From Azolla caroliniana (Eukaryota; Plantae; Polypodiophyta), in the NCBI GenBank assembly GCA_043228905.1, contig JBHGNT010000018.1:8060001-8124000 (forward strand): 64,000 nucleotides of DNA, given 5' to 3'. The notes below the pieces were generated by a model. That model saw nothing but the letters and a program-made list of their open reading frames with translations, ran no database searches and was not told where the DNA came from. Below, one piece after another: positions 1-12,284 of this stretch. Positions within the stretch are counted from its first letter, which is position 1. Each line of letters starts with the position of its first letter. Both the position numbers and the translations under genes were made by a program.

Positions 1-1156
1 ACATCTAGTCTGCCGACTCAGGAAGAGTTTATACGGCCTAAAACAGGCACCCCGACAGTGGTACAAGAAGTTCGACGACTTCATCCAGTCGGTCGGCTTC
101 TCCAAGAGCGATGAGGACCACTGTCTCTTCACCAAGACAGCTCAAGACGGGTCTCCCTTCTTCCTCATCATTTACGTGGATGACATGCTACTCTCCCGCC
201 GACATGCCTGAGAGCTCACCGAACTCATTTAGAAATTGTGGTTGAAGTTTGCCATAAAGGACCTTGATCCGGCAAGACACATACTTGGTATAAAGATTAG
301 TCGGCATCGCGATAAACGACAACTTTTCTTGTCTCAAACCGACTACATCGGACGTGTCTTGGAATGCTTCAACATGCACTCAGCCAAGTCTGGTTCGACC
401 CCACTCCCCATTAACCTTGGGTTGTCTCAGCGAAACTGCCCGACATCCGGTCCGGAGGGGGAAGATATGAAGTTGGTACTGTATGCACCGGCAATTGGCT
501 CCCTTATGTACGCGATGGTCGCGACACGGCCTGATATCTCTCACGTCGTAGGAGTCGTCAGCAGATTCATGCACAACCCAGGATGATCGCACTGGAACGC
601 AGTCAAGCATGTGTTCAGATATTAAGCTGGCACAAAAGACCACGACATTCTTTTTGGCCCGAACTCAAACTCAGGCGTAGTCGGTTACACCGACTCGGAC
701 TTCGCCGGTTGCGTGGACAGTCGGAAATCAACAACCAGATATTGTTTCAAATTCGGCAATGGAGCAATCTCGTGGAAGTCAAAACTTCAGGAGTGCACAA
801 CCACCTCAACGACCGAAGCGGAATATGTAGTTGCGTCCAACGCGGCAAAAGAAGCTTTATCGCTCAGTCAACTAGCGCACACGTTTCGACAAGTCGACTT
901 TGACTCGGCTCCAGTTGTCTACAACGATAGCCAGGGTTTTGTTGCTTTGTCAAAAAATCTGGTTCAACACAATGCCTCCAAGCATATCGATGTTCGATAT
1001 CACTTTGTTCGGGATTGCGTCATTTTAGGGAAAATAGGTCTCGAGAAGATATCCACAACCGATAATGCCGCAGATGGAATGAGCAAGTGTCTTTTGGCGG
1101 ATCGCTTCCAGTCCCTTTGGCACCAGATGGACGTAACAAAAAATCAGTCCGGTTAA
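1..1156 (+). pseudogene. Copia pol fragment (RT, RNase H) with stop codons
   Basis: ORFs 236-586 and 713-1156 share a frame and are broken by in-frame stops. Confidence 0.9.
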
Positions 1157-1544
1157 ACTCGGACACACAACACAGGATGGTTTCGGACAACCGACATCAG
1201 TTCTCTGAGGATCGGCTTCAGCTCTTCCGACCCGATCGGTTCGGTCTTCTGTCTTCAGATCTTGCAGACTCGAACAAAACTGATATGTCCAATAAACCTT
1301 GTATATACATGTAATTTTAGACAACCCACGTATATGCCCATTACGGGGAAGTGTCGAATACGAGTGTATAATGGCCGTATTCACATTGTCCCTTTGGACA
1401 GCCCAATTTTGGGCTATTTCTGTAAATAGCATAAAGGGCAGTTGCCCTAGGATAGGCACTATATAAAGTGACTTTGTAACCTTTAGTGGTGGTTGGCTGT
1501 CATTCGTAACTGTTGCTATTAAGAAATAAAACGTTTCTTTGTGC

Positions 1545-1590
<46 letters not shown>

Positions 1591-1669
1591 CTTGTTTATT
1601 CTCATACACAGATCCTTCAACATCACAGATGTTGTTTGTTCTTCCGCACTGACGACCTTGTCCCCAACA
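1..1669 (+). mobile_element. Ty1/Copia family A element, 3' part (RT-RNaseH, PPT, 3' LTR 1352-1669)
   Basis: LKQAPRQWY, YVDDML, SWKSKLQ and KHIDVRYHF motifs. PPT acggggaag at 1343-1351. LTR TGTCGAATA...CCCCAACA is homologous to LTRs at 25867, 30690, 58115 and 60453. Confidence 0.93.
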
Positions 1670-2131
1670 CACAAGTGCGTCGATGAGTGCGCACGTCAAT
1701 GGCAAGATGCTTTACACGGAGGATGATAGGCCCCGTGGTCGTGGTGGACGAGGTGGATCGGCGCGCAATCGAGCGATCGAAAAGAGCAGAATGTATGGCA
1801 TAATCGAGATGCCGGAAGCAATTCCGAACCCTCCGGAAGCAAGGGGAGTCATGGCGGTGCCGGAAGATGGCAAGAGAAGACTGCGCCGGATTGCTGGTAC
1901 TGTGGCAACAAAGGCCACAGAGAGAGTGAGTGCTTGAAGAAACTCGGACAAAGCTGGACCGAGCGGAAGAGATGCAGGAAGGTATCAAAGATCGAACTAC
2001 GCTGAGGACTTCGAACGACCTAGAAATGGAGCGGGCCCTGCCTTCGTAATGAAGCATAAAGCCAATTCAATGGTCGTGAACACCTTGAAATTGAGCGAGG
2101 TGTGGTAGGTGGATTCCGGAGCGTCAAATCA

Positions 2132-2776
2132 TATTGTTTCATACATAAAAGCTCAAATGAGCGAGATTTTTATCATGCATCACATGCATTTCATCCACTA
2201 CATGCATGACTTGTACCCTCCAATGCATCATATGCATGGGGGCACCTATTTAAATGGTGAAAGAGAAGATCAAAGGGAGAAGTATGAGACATCAATGAAA
2301 TATATATTACATAAGAGATACCATAAAATAGAGAAAGAAAGGAAGAAGTTCAACATAAAGGTGGAGCTCTAGGTTGGCGGTCGTGGTGGTCAACTCTCAA
2401 CAAGAGGGAGGCGGTTCGAGCCTTATCTTCATCAAAATATTGAAGTGAAGATTGTAGTGGTCTACGATCAAGAAAGAGAAGAGCGATTGCCTTGCAAGAC
2501 AAAGTTCGGAGGTTCAACGACGTGCACAATCATTTTGTAACTCTTTCATGAAAATGATTATAAATTTCATACACTTTCTCATATATTAGTTTATATCTTA
2601 TCTTGTCTTATCTTATATTCCTTAAAAATCTGATTTTGTCACATCTTATTGATCTCTATTCACTCCATCTCTACTCTTTCGTCTCTTCCGTCCATAATCC
2701 CAGTGATTCCTTCCTCACTTTCACGTTATCAATTGTGTGCGCAACGCTACGCTTCTAGGCGAGCCACGTCACGACA
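2132..2776 (+). mobile_element. 5'-truncated LTR of the same family as the solo LTR at 62108-63172
   Basis: Closely matches 62533-63172 and ends CACGTCACGACA. The left junction coincides with a deletion in the host Copia. Confidence 0.9.
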
Positions 2777-3846
2777 GCGGTTCGGGCACGTAAATTTCCC
2801 GCAGCTTCGTGAGATGCAAACACAGAACATCGTTTTCGGATTGCCAAAATTTCAGGGCCGTAATGGCCAAGTCTGCGAAGCCTGTGAGATGGGAAAACAA
2901 CACCGACTTCCATTCCCCAATGAGCGTAATCGTAGTCAAAGTCCGCTGGATTTGATCCATTCGGATGTGTGGGGACAGGCACAGAATGAGTCTCCGTGGA
3001 AGCCATTACTATGTAACCTTCATCGATGATTTCACTCAGCACACGTGGGCATGCACGATCGCAAAGAAGAGCGAAGTTTTCGAATGATTCCTAGAGGTGA
3101 AGAGCCTTGCGGAAAGGGAAACAGGGCGTAAAATCAAATGCCTATAGTCTGATGGCGAGAAGGAGTACTTTTCCGACCAGTTCACATGTTATCTATGGAA
3201 GGAGGGAATTCGATGCAAATTCTCATGTAGATATACGCCAGAGCAGAACGGCGTAACCAAGCGGAAGAATCGGACGATTGAAGAAGCGGCCCAGGCAATG
3301 CTTGAAGAGAAGCATATGTCGAAATTCTATTGGGCCAAAGTCGTGAAGACGGTTGTCTACCTACAGAATCGGACTTCTGCTAATGGAGGAGTGTCGCCAC
3401 AGGAGCTATATTTCGGGAAGAAGCCGAACTTGGCACACTTGAGGATTTTCGGAAGCATTGCTTATGTGCATGTGCCGAAGGAAAAGAGGAGGAAGTTGGA
3501 TGCCAAAGCCGAAAAGTGCATCTTAGTCGGCTATCCAGACGAACAGAAGGGGTATAAATGTTATAATCCCCAAACAAAGGAAGTACGCGTAAGTCGAGAT
3601 GTCATGTTCGACGAATCCGCTTCGTGGTACTTGCCTTCACCTCCAGTACCTCAAGACTCCATTCCAATTTCTAAAGAAGAAATCAGCAAGGCTGAAATGC
3701 CTCCGCATGATGAGGACGTCGGAGCTTTGAGAGAGATTCTAATCTCATTTCAGCTAAGCGGGCCGAATAAGGGGTTGGGCCGAGATGGCCAACCAAATGA
3801 TGAGACTGTTGTCCGCCGGAATAGTAACCGACGGCCAAAAGCGTAG

Positions 3847-5900
3847 GTGGCGTTCATGCAAGTCTTTTTAGACGATTTTGCGGTATATGGGCGAACAAAA
3901 GACCATTTCTCGCACTTACGTCTTTGCTTGGAACGTTGCCGCACCACACACTTAAGCCTGAATCCCGCGAAATGTGCCTTCGGCGTGACCAGCGAGACTC
4001 TCCTAGGCCACATAGTCAGCAAGGAAGGAATAGTGGTCGACCCAAACAAGATCTCCGCTATTACAGAAGATAAAACTCCGACAAATGCCAAAGCACTTAG
4101 CCGGTTTCTGGGCCAAATACGGTGGCATAGTCGGATGATACGGTATTTGGCGGACTTCGCCACGCCACTACACGTTGTCGTACACCAGACTCCTTTCCAA
4201 TGGACTGTAGCAGAGGATAAGGCCTATGAGGCACTTAAGATAATGCTCACACAGGTCCCCGTAGTACAACCTCCAGTTTGGGCGAAGCCATTCCACGTGT
4301 TTGTCGATGCCTTGGTACAGGCCAGTATACTACGAAGTCGTAAATTATCAGCAGCAGAGCGTAACTATTCCACAACAGAGCAGGAGGCGCTACGGATGAT
4401 CTATAGTTCCATGTGGATCATTCGGCATTATTGTATTTGGTAGAGAAACAAGCCCTGACAGGGAAATTGGCACGAGGGATGCTGCTGCTCCAGGAATTCG
4501 AATTCGTAATTCAGCACCGGCCAGGGATGCAACATGCAGTGGCGGATTTTTTGAGCAGACTTGAGAATGGAGAAACAGTACAGAAAGATGACGACGATTT
4601 TCCGAACGCCCACATCTGGCGAGTAGCGACATTTGCAGAAAAAACGGAATCCACCTTTCCGGATAGATGGCTTATGGAAATGACGTACTTTTTTACTACA
4701 GGACTACCTCCACCACAATTACGCACAGACGAGAAGAAACGACTAGCCGTCCGAAGCTGTCACTTTTGCTTGGTCGAAGGGTATTTATATCACAAAGGAA
4801 GTGACAGCATTTGGTGACGTGGAGTCCATCAGGATGAAAAAGAAACTGTTTTACGGGAGGCACACTGCGGCACAGCAGGCGGCCATTACGCGGGCAACGT
4901 GACAGCCCACAAAGTGTGGCAGAAGGACGCATCCGAGTATTGTAGAAAGTGTGGTTTGTGCCAGCGCGGAGGACGCAAGGATGCCACACCAGCCCGTATT
5001 ACCGCTGGACCTCTTCCAAAAGTGGGGATTGGATTTTGTGGGACCCTTCACACCAGCAGCAGCCCGTACAGCCAACAAATACATATTGGTAGCCACGGAT
5101 TACTGTACCAAATGGGTAGAAGCAAAGGCACTACGGGAAAATACGGCGGCCGTCACAACCAAATTTCTGTACGAGCACATCTGGTGCCGGTTCGGCTGCC
5201 CGATTGAGCTCATCAGTGACCAGGGGAGCCACTTCCTCAATACGGTGGTTCGGGAACTAACACAGCATTACGCAATCGTCCACAAGAAAAGCACGCCATA
5301 CTACCCATAGGCGAATGGATTAGCAGAATCCACGAACAAAACTTTACAGACCATTTTGAAGAAAACCGTCTATGAAAATAGAACGGACTGGGATACCAAA
5401 CTCCAGAGTGCGTTATGGGCGTACAGAACTAGTTAAAAAACAAGCATACAGTCAACACCGTTCCAGCTAGCGTTTGGACTAGAAGCTGTGATGCCGGTCG
5501 AATTTCGGGTACCTAGTTTGCGCATTCAGGTACGGAACCGATTATCAGAAGCCAAGTCAGAGGAGGAACGGCTCTACCAACTCCTCGAACTAGGGGAGAA
5601 ACGCATCCACAGCATGGCTGTGTTGGAAGAAGAATAGCGACGGCGTAAAGCATTTGTCGATCGACATCGGAGCGCAAGGGAAAAGGAGTTCGTCGTGGGC
5701 CAAGCAGTGCTCGTTTTTTAAACGCGCATGGGTTAGATGCCGGGTAAGCTACGTTTCCGTTGGACCGGCCCATACTGGATAATTGGAGCGGAACAGGGCA
5801 CTTTCCAACTAGGAACACTGGCTGGAGAAATAGTACAGCAAAAAGTGAATGGGTTTCGGCTCAACCTTACCTGGGCCCTACGCCACCTAACCCATTCACC
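3847..5900 (+). pseudogene. Gypsy pol (RT C-terminus, RNase H, integrase), disrupted
   Basis: FLDDF, ERNYSTTE, ADFLSR, WGLDFVGP, SDQGSHF and RWTGPY motifs across frameshifted ORFs. Confidence 0.9.
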
Positions 5901-6278
5901 GCTGAACGGAATAAAGCCGGAGAACCCGCAGCGTAAAAGGGACAGGCCCAATTGTACTATAATGTAAAAATAGGGGGTAAGTAACCGTTATGAAAAAAAA
6001 AAAAATGAAAAAAGAAGAAGAGAGAAGATAGCGACTATTAAAACGACTCAAGGCATGCACAAACTCCTAGTTCAAGAACACGTGGCACCATGATGGCTCA
6101 CCGCCCAATGAACCCTAAGCCACAAAAAGAAGGAAATAGAAGGTTTTCTGCACAAAGCACAAACACAACGTCTAGCTATCAGCGCTCCCATCGCTCCTCC
6201 TCACCTTCTTCCCCATCACATCTCAGAGCTCCAACTCACCACTGCTACCCGTCATCTCTCCACGAACCTACTCTGGCG

Positions 6279-9200
6279 ATGCCGATCTTCATCTCTATTG
6301 CCCTACGCCGATGGCTCGTGGAGAAGCGCCTGGATGGTTACATTCGGGTCGCAAAAGCACCTCCGCACCCGGACACCATGGACATCGCCAGGCGGCTTAA
6401 CATCGACACGGTCACCAACTCTTCCATTCGGAAGAAGTTAGACCTATCCTCACTAGGCGAAAGACATTTCGAAATACCTCCTACAGAGGCGCTGCAACGG
6501 TATTTTGGTCCATACTCATCCTCCGCCAAAGCCTATAGAACAAAACAGATTCCGGATCCCTTCTTCCGTGAAGTTTCCAAGTTCCTACTGGAGGTAGGCT
6601 GCATCCATGTCAACGCTTACGGGATGCCTAAACAGAAGGAGGGCATCATTATCGACACCTTTGAGGGGCGTACAGTCGATTGGGGGGTTATCACAGGGCC
6701 GGCGTTAAGGGAAGGCTTGCATGCATACCAAGTAGGCAAAAAGCTCAGGCCAATCATCCAACAATACCTTACGGTACTGTTTCCACCCCGAGGCCTACCA
6801 ACACCATAGCCCAGCCAACCCACGGCCCCGCCCCACTCCGCGAAACGCAGGTTAGCGGAGTTAGCGGCCCTAGAGTGGGAGGAGGAACCCCAACCGGCCC
6901 AACCAAGCCCAAGGACAACACCTCCTATCGACCAACCGGATACACGGGCGATGCACGAGGAACAGCCGAGACACCCCATGGAGGCAGCCCCAGAACCAGA
7001 CACCGAAGCACGGGGGGAAAGCCCTAGACCAAAACAGCGCAGATTGGACAGAAAAGATGGGCGGGGGTTGGTAAAAATCGCCCCCACGGATCCAGAGGCA
7101 CCGACCACAGGCGAAGGCCCCGCAACAGCAGAGCCGAATACCACCTTCGAAATCATCCGGGAGCCGTGGCCGATTATTACGACTCAATCCCAGCGAGGGA
7201 AAGTCGTATTGACAACGGAAAGCGAGGTTTTGGCATATCCGGATATTCCGGATACGGCCCACGAATTCAGCGCCCTCTTGCAGTTCGGTACCTCTTTCGA
7301 GCTCATGGAATTCCTGGCAACAGAACAGGTCAAAGCCGCCCAACGAATGGCCGAGGAGCATGCGGAACGTCAGATGATAGAGCGTGCCCTAACACAAACA
7401 ACGGAGAGCGATGATGACGACCGGCTAGCCAGGGTCGGCAGACAGAGGAACGCCGGGGTACGGCGAGTAGGGATGGAGATACCACCCTTAAACACGGCCC
7501 TAGTCGAAGTCCATCGGGAACTGGCAAAGGTCAACACAGGCGCCAAGGAGATGGCCATAAAAAATAAGAATTTCTCGAAGAAGGTTAAACGACGGAAAGC
7601 GAGGTTTTGGCATATCCGGATATTCCGGATACGGCCCACGAATTCAGCGCCCTCTTGCAGTTCGGTACCTCTTTCGAGCTCATGGAATTCCTGGCAACAG
7701 AACAGGTCAAAGCCGCCCAACAAATGGCCGAGGAGCATGCGGAACGTCAGATGATAGAGCGTGCCCTAACACAAACAACGGAGAGCGATGATGACGACCG
7801 GCTAGCCAGGGTCGGCAGACAGAGGAACGCCGGGGTACGGCGAGTAGGGATGGAGATACCACCCTTAAACACGGCCCTAGTCGAAGTCCATCGGGAATTG
7901 GCAAAGGTCAGCACGGGCGCCAAGGAGATGGCCATAAAAAATAGGAATTTCTCGAAGAAGGTTAAACTGACCGAAGCCGAACTACAAAAGGCCAACGCAC
8001 GCATCGCGGAGTTGGAAGCTCACACGACTACGGCGCAACACGAAACCCCACCACCGAACCACATTATCAACGCTCTCAAAGAAGAAATCGAGGCTCAGAC
8101 CGCCATCGCCTCAAAAGCCAAAAGGGTCGTGCAGCTAGCGGAATCCGAAATTGACCATCTTCGAGCAGAACTACGCCAATCCTCCGACAGAGAAAAGGAG
8201 ATACGGGCTAACGGACGAAAGGCCGTAAAAACGCTTGAAGAGAAACTAGCTACGGACGTGGCTCAGCACATCCGGACAAAAGACGACAATGCCCAATTAT
8301 GAGAGGACGCGAAGAAATCAGAGACGGCAATAGCGGGTCTTCGGGCCTTATTAGAAAAAAGGAAGGTATGGTTCGATGAACAGTTGGTAGTCGAACAAGA
8401 CAGAAGGCATTAACTCGAAATCCGCCTAAACAATGAAATGAGGAAATTACAAAAACAGCATGAAAAGGAATCCCAGCTGTGGGTGGGCCTGAAGGCCACG
8501 TATGAGGAAGCGGCAGCCGTTAAACAGCAGGAAATCGCGAATCTCCAGAAGTCGATGGAAGACGCACGCAACCGCTGCCAGGCCATCACGGATAACGTGC
8601 ACATCCTTCTCCAAACCAACCGGGAAAGGTTCACAGCGCAATTGAAAACGGCGCTGGACAAAGGATGGATGGCGTGGGCAACCCAAGCAGCGGAATTGCA
8701 CACGTATCGTGCGGACTGAGAGAACCGGCGGAAAGACGGCCGAGGGTTTTATAAGCTAAACGAGGAGAGCATTGCGACCGTACGGGAGGACCTAGTGCAA
8801 GACTATCGTGCGTTAGCAGACCAACACTTCGAAGAACTCGCACAACTCCTAGATGATTTTGGTGAAAGTCAGGAGGAGCTATTTCACAAGATCACACAAA
8901 CCGGCAACACGCACACAAACAAGGAACCCAGCGGGACACCAATTCCGGTCACAGCCGAAGAAGAGGAACCTCAAGCCCGATCACCAGCGAGGACAACGGG
9001 GGAGAATAGTGGGGACAAACGAGCGGAGTTCCCCACAAGACCAGACAGCGAAACCATTAACCAACAAAAGGTCCATCCCACACCATCTTCAGAAAACGCA
9101 GAAAATAGTGCGAACCAGGAGGAATCCCTGCCCCACGCCCAAGGACACACAAAAACGGCAAACACCGCGGAGGACGTAACAATAGAGGCGGAGCAGCAGC

Positions 9201-9413
9201 TGACTGCAAGCACGCTACCGGCGGAGCCCAGCCCTAACTGAAGAAGAGCCCACCGTACCCGGACCACCCGCACACGGCGAACGTGACTCTGGGAGAAACC
9301 AGGCCGACCAAGCAGAGGAGCCGCACCACAATGCACCTACGGGCCCTACATCAACTCCGGCCGAGGACACCACAACAGAGCCGAACATCCGGGGCATTTT
9401 GGAAGAAGATTAA
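6279..9413 (+). pseudogene. Extra ORF between integrase and 3' LTR: globular N-terminus, Pro-rich linker, long coiled coil, acidic disordered tail
   Basis: ORFs 6090-6809, 6951-7754, 7607-8302, 8438-8719 and 8795-9241 link into one ~900-1000 aa reading once stops and the 377-bp duplication are discounted. Confidence 0.75.
7215..7968 (+). repeat. 377-bp tandem duplication
   Basis: acggaaagcgaggttttggc starts at 7215 and 7592. Duplicated ORF translations are offset by 377. Confidence 0.95.
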
Positions 9414-9460
9414 TGGGATGGGTCCGACATGCAAAGGCACTGTCCCATAGGCGTGGCAGG

Positions 9461-9885
9461 TGTTGTCTGCCGAAATAGTAACCGACGGCCAAAAGCGTAG
9501 GAATAAGAAACTATATAAAGCGTAATGTATGTACCGGTTCACGCTGGGAAGCGTGAACGGCTAATTAGACCCTGCATATATAAAGGGCAGAAAACCTCTT
9601 AAGGAGGTGCATGTAAATTTTGGGAAATGTAAAAGAACGCCTGATAATAGAATACTATCTTCTCTGAGTTTCTGTGTATAGCTACGACTAATTCAGTGTC
9701 TGTGTCTCAGATACGTAAGCGCAACCTGTGATAAGGTGTCAGTTGTAGTCGTCTCCCCTTACACACGGAGGAATCACAGAGGTTCTCTCCTTACGCAGTA
9801 CGCTTAAGCTCTGTTCATTGTTCCACACCGACCTTGGGGTCTAGGTCGAAGGACTGACCACGGACCGTGTTCCTAAGAGGCAACA
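9461..9885 (+). repeat. 3' LTR (425 bp) of the Athila/Tat-like Gypsy
   Basis: TGTTG...CAACA termini, TATATAAA near 9577, followed by the TSD. Confidence 0.9.
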
Positions 9886-9912
9886 GAGACGGCCAGTAGT
9901 GGAGACTCAGTC

Positions 9913-12207
9913 GTGACGTCCCCGCATAAAGAACCGAGGAGATGGTTTATGCGTAAAGAGAAGGGCAAGAAGAAGACGCCGGAATATGAATTCGGTAGTG
10001 CCGAGTCAGTTCGAAGCGAATCTGACCTCGAGCCAGTCGAGAAGGAACCTCTACTGAAGAGGTCGAAATCGACCGAAAAGGTAATGAAATCAGGTAATCA
10101 TGAATTACGCCGATGTACCCGCCAGAAGAACCCCATAAAGAGATACGGGCATAATGAGTACATGGCGCACCATTACACATACATGACGAAAGTAGCGGAA
10201 GTGCGTGAGCCAGAGAGCTACGCAGAAGCAACGAGAGACGCAAACTGGCGTGCCGCAATGGAGGAAGAGATCCGCGCATTATCAGAGAATGAAACCAGGG
10301 ACCTAGTTGACATACCGAAGGGTGTAAAGCCGATCGGATGCAGATGGGTGTATAAGATGAAATACAACACCGATGGCTCTGTCAACCACTACAAGGCCCG
10401 TTTAGTAGCTAAAGGCTACGCGCAGAAGCACGACGTGGATTATGATGAGACCTTCGCGCCTGTCACAAAGATGACTATTGTGCGAGTCCTACTAGCTGTA
10501 GCCGTGGCAAAGGGGTGGCACTTACATCAGATGGATGTAGAGAACGCGTTCCTGCAAGGTGATCTTGAGGAGCAAGTGCACATGGTACAACCCCCCGGAT
10601 TTCTATCCGAACAAAACACCTCGGCAGTTTGCCGATTGAAGAAGTCCCTATATGGACTAAAGCAAGCCCTGCGAGCTTGGAACGCAAAGATTACACAACA
10701 GTTGCGTAGGATGGGGTTTGCACCATCAAAATCGTACTCTTCTCTAATTGTTCGGCAAGGTCAATATGGACCGGTCAACCTGCTCTTGTACGTTGATGAT
10801 TTAAGAATCGCCGGTGCCGACCTTGATGAAATCTGTCGCGTGAAGTCTCAGCTTGCGTCATCGTTTGAAATGAAGGATCTCGGAGACCTTCATTACTTCC
10901 TCGGGATCGAAGTGATCCTAACCTCCGAAGGCATATTAATCAGCCAACATCATTACGCGCTGCATATGCTCTTCAAGTTCTGGATGGCAAACTGTAAGCC
11001 CATCTCGACCCCTCTGGATAGAAACGTGAAGCTTTGCCCGGATTCGGGCAAGGTGTGCGAACCAACACGGTTCCGACAGATTGTCGGGAGCCTTATCTAT
11101 TTGACGATTACTCGGTTGGATCTTAGCTACCTGGTCGGCTTAATCAGTCAATTCATGTCACAGCCTACGGCCAAACACTTTCAGTGCACGGAACGGATAA
11201 TGCGTTATGTCAGCGGCACGAAAGACATGGCGTTGTTTTATCGGGCAGGCATAGCCGAACAGTTAGTCGGCTACACGAATGCCGATTGGGCTGGAAACAC
11301 CCACGATCGTCGATCCACATCTGGATATGCATTCTCATTGGGAAGTGCGGCGATCGCATGGAGCAGCAAGAAGCAGCCGAGATTAGCATTGTCGAGCACG
11401 AAGGCCGAATATCGAGGGGTGACTATCGCTACGTGCGAAATCGTTTGGTTGAAACGGCTATTACGGGATCTGCATGTAGAGGTGTCTGATCCAACGACGA
11501 TCTATTGTGACAACCTCAACAGTATCCACCTTGCAAAAAACCCCGTGTTCCACACCCAGACCAAGCACATTGAGGTGCATTACCATTTTGTCCGCGAGCA
11601 AGTCCTTTCAGGAGAAGTCAAATTGGTGCATGTTTCGACTAATCGGCAAATTGCCGACATCTTCACGAAACCTCTTGGTCTCGACAAGTTACGACATTTC
11701 TCTGGTGAGCTTGGGTTGCGTCACCTCGACACGCCGACCTTGAGGGGGAGAAAGAAAGAACAGGGACAAGAGCGTGAAAGGAACGGAGGTAAGCATCATG
11801 ACGGAAGTGACCGAGATGCGGAGTCGGATGGAGAATTTGACTTCGAACTGGCTGAAGAAGCCGAAGACGGAAGCAAGGGCCGTAAGCATAACAAGGAGCT
11901 GAGGACAGCCGAAACAGGGGGAGATAAGGCCAAGACTAAGGCGTGGTCGGATGTTGTCAAGGGCCTGAAGATTGAGGACGAATTGGAGACAGCCAATTCG
12001 GATGAGAGCGGAATTGAATCAGAAGTGTTCGGTTCAATCGAAATGTTCGATTTGGATACACCGAATCAACTGAAGGCCATGCGGAGAAAAGGGCAGCGAA
12101 GGACGTGTCGACACTGCGACAGCAAGGGAGCTAAGAAGGGCCGGATGAGCAAACAAGCTGACCGGAAGGATCGAAGCGCGCGGAATCAAACGGGTCGAGG
12201 AGCGTGA
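9913..12207 (+). CDS. Copia RT-RNase H with a charged C-terminal extension (fragment of an interrupted pol)
   Basis: 764-aa ORF with YKARLVAKG, YGLKQA, YVDDL, TKHIEVHYHF and IADIFTKPL. Confidence 0.9.
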   Translation: MTSPHKEPRRWFMRKEKGKKKTPEYEFGSAESVRSESDLEPVEKEPLLKRSKSTEKVMKSGNHELRRCTRQKNPIKRYGHNEYMAHHYTYMTKVAEVREPESYAEATRDANWRAAMEEEIRALSENETRDLVDIPKGVKPIGCRWVYKMKYNTDGSVNHYKARLVAKGYAQKHDVDYDETFAPVTKMTIVRVLLAVAVAKGWHLHQMDVENAFLQGDLEEQVHMVQPPGFLSEQNTSAVCRLKKSLYGLKQALRAWNAKITQQLRRMGFAPSKSYSSLIVRQGQYGPVNLLLYVDDLRIAGADLDEICRVKSQLASSFEMKDLGDLHYFLGIEVILTSEGILISQHHYALHMLFKFWMANCKPISTPLDRNVKLCPDSGKVCEPTRFRQIVGSLIYLTITRLDLSYLVGLISQFMSQPTAKHFQCTERIMRYVSGTKDMALFYRAGIAEQLVGYTNADWAGNTHDRRSTSGYAFSLGSAAIAWSSKKQPRLALSSTKAEYRGVTIATCEIVWLKRLLRDLHVEVSDPTTIYCDNLNSIHLAKNPVFHTQTKHIEVHYHFVREQVLSGEVKLVHVSTNRQIADIFTKPLGLDKLRHFSGELGLRHLDTPTLRGRKKEQGQERERNGGKHHDGSDRDAESDGEFDFELAEEAEDGSKGRKHNKELRTAETGGDKAKTKAWSDVVKGLKIEDELETANSDESGIESEVFGSIEMFDLDTPNQLKAMRRKGQRRTCRHCDSKGAKKGRMSKQADRKDRSARNQTGRGA

Positions 12208-12284
12208 GCGAGGCGTGAAGCCGAAGGAACCGAAGCGTAGATCCGGCGGAGCAAGTGAAACCTCAAGTTGAGCTTGAGGGGGAG

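Larger units (their letters stand above)
3807..9885 (+). mobile_element. Ty3/Gypsy non-chromovirus (Athila/Tat-like) element with an internal deletion and an extra 3' ORF
   Basis: GAGAC TSD at 3802-3806 and 9886-9890. First ~40 bp match the 3' LTR (9461-9885) and are fused directly to RT (FLDDFAVYG). Order is RT-RH-IN with a GPY motif. Confidence 0.92.

Noticed and set aside
2109-2372. His/Met-rich peptide ORF (also 62527-62730)
   Set aside because: It is a by-product of CATGCA repeats in an LTR, and the frames are not conserved between the two copies.
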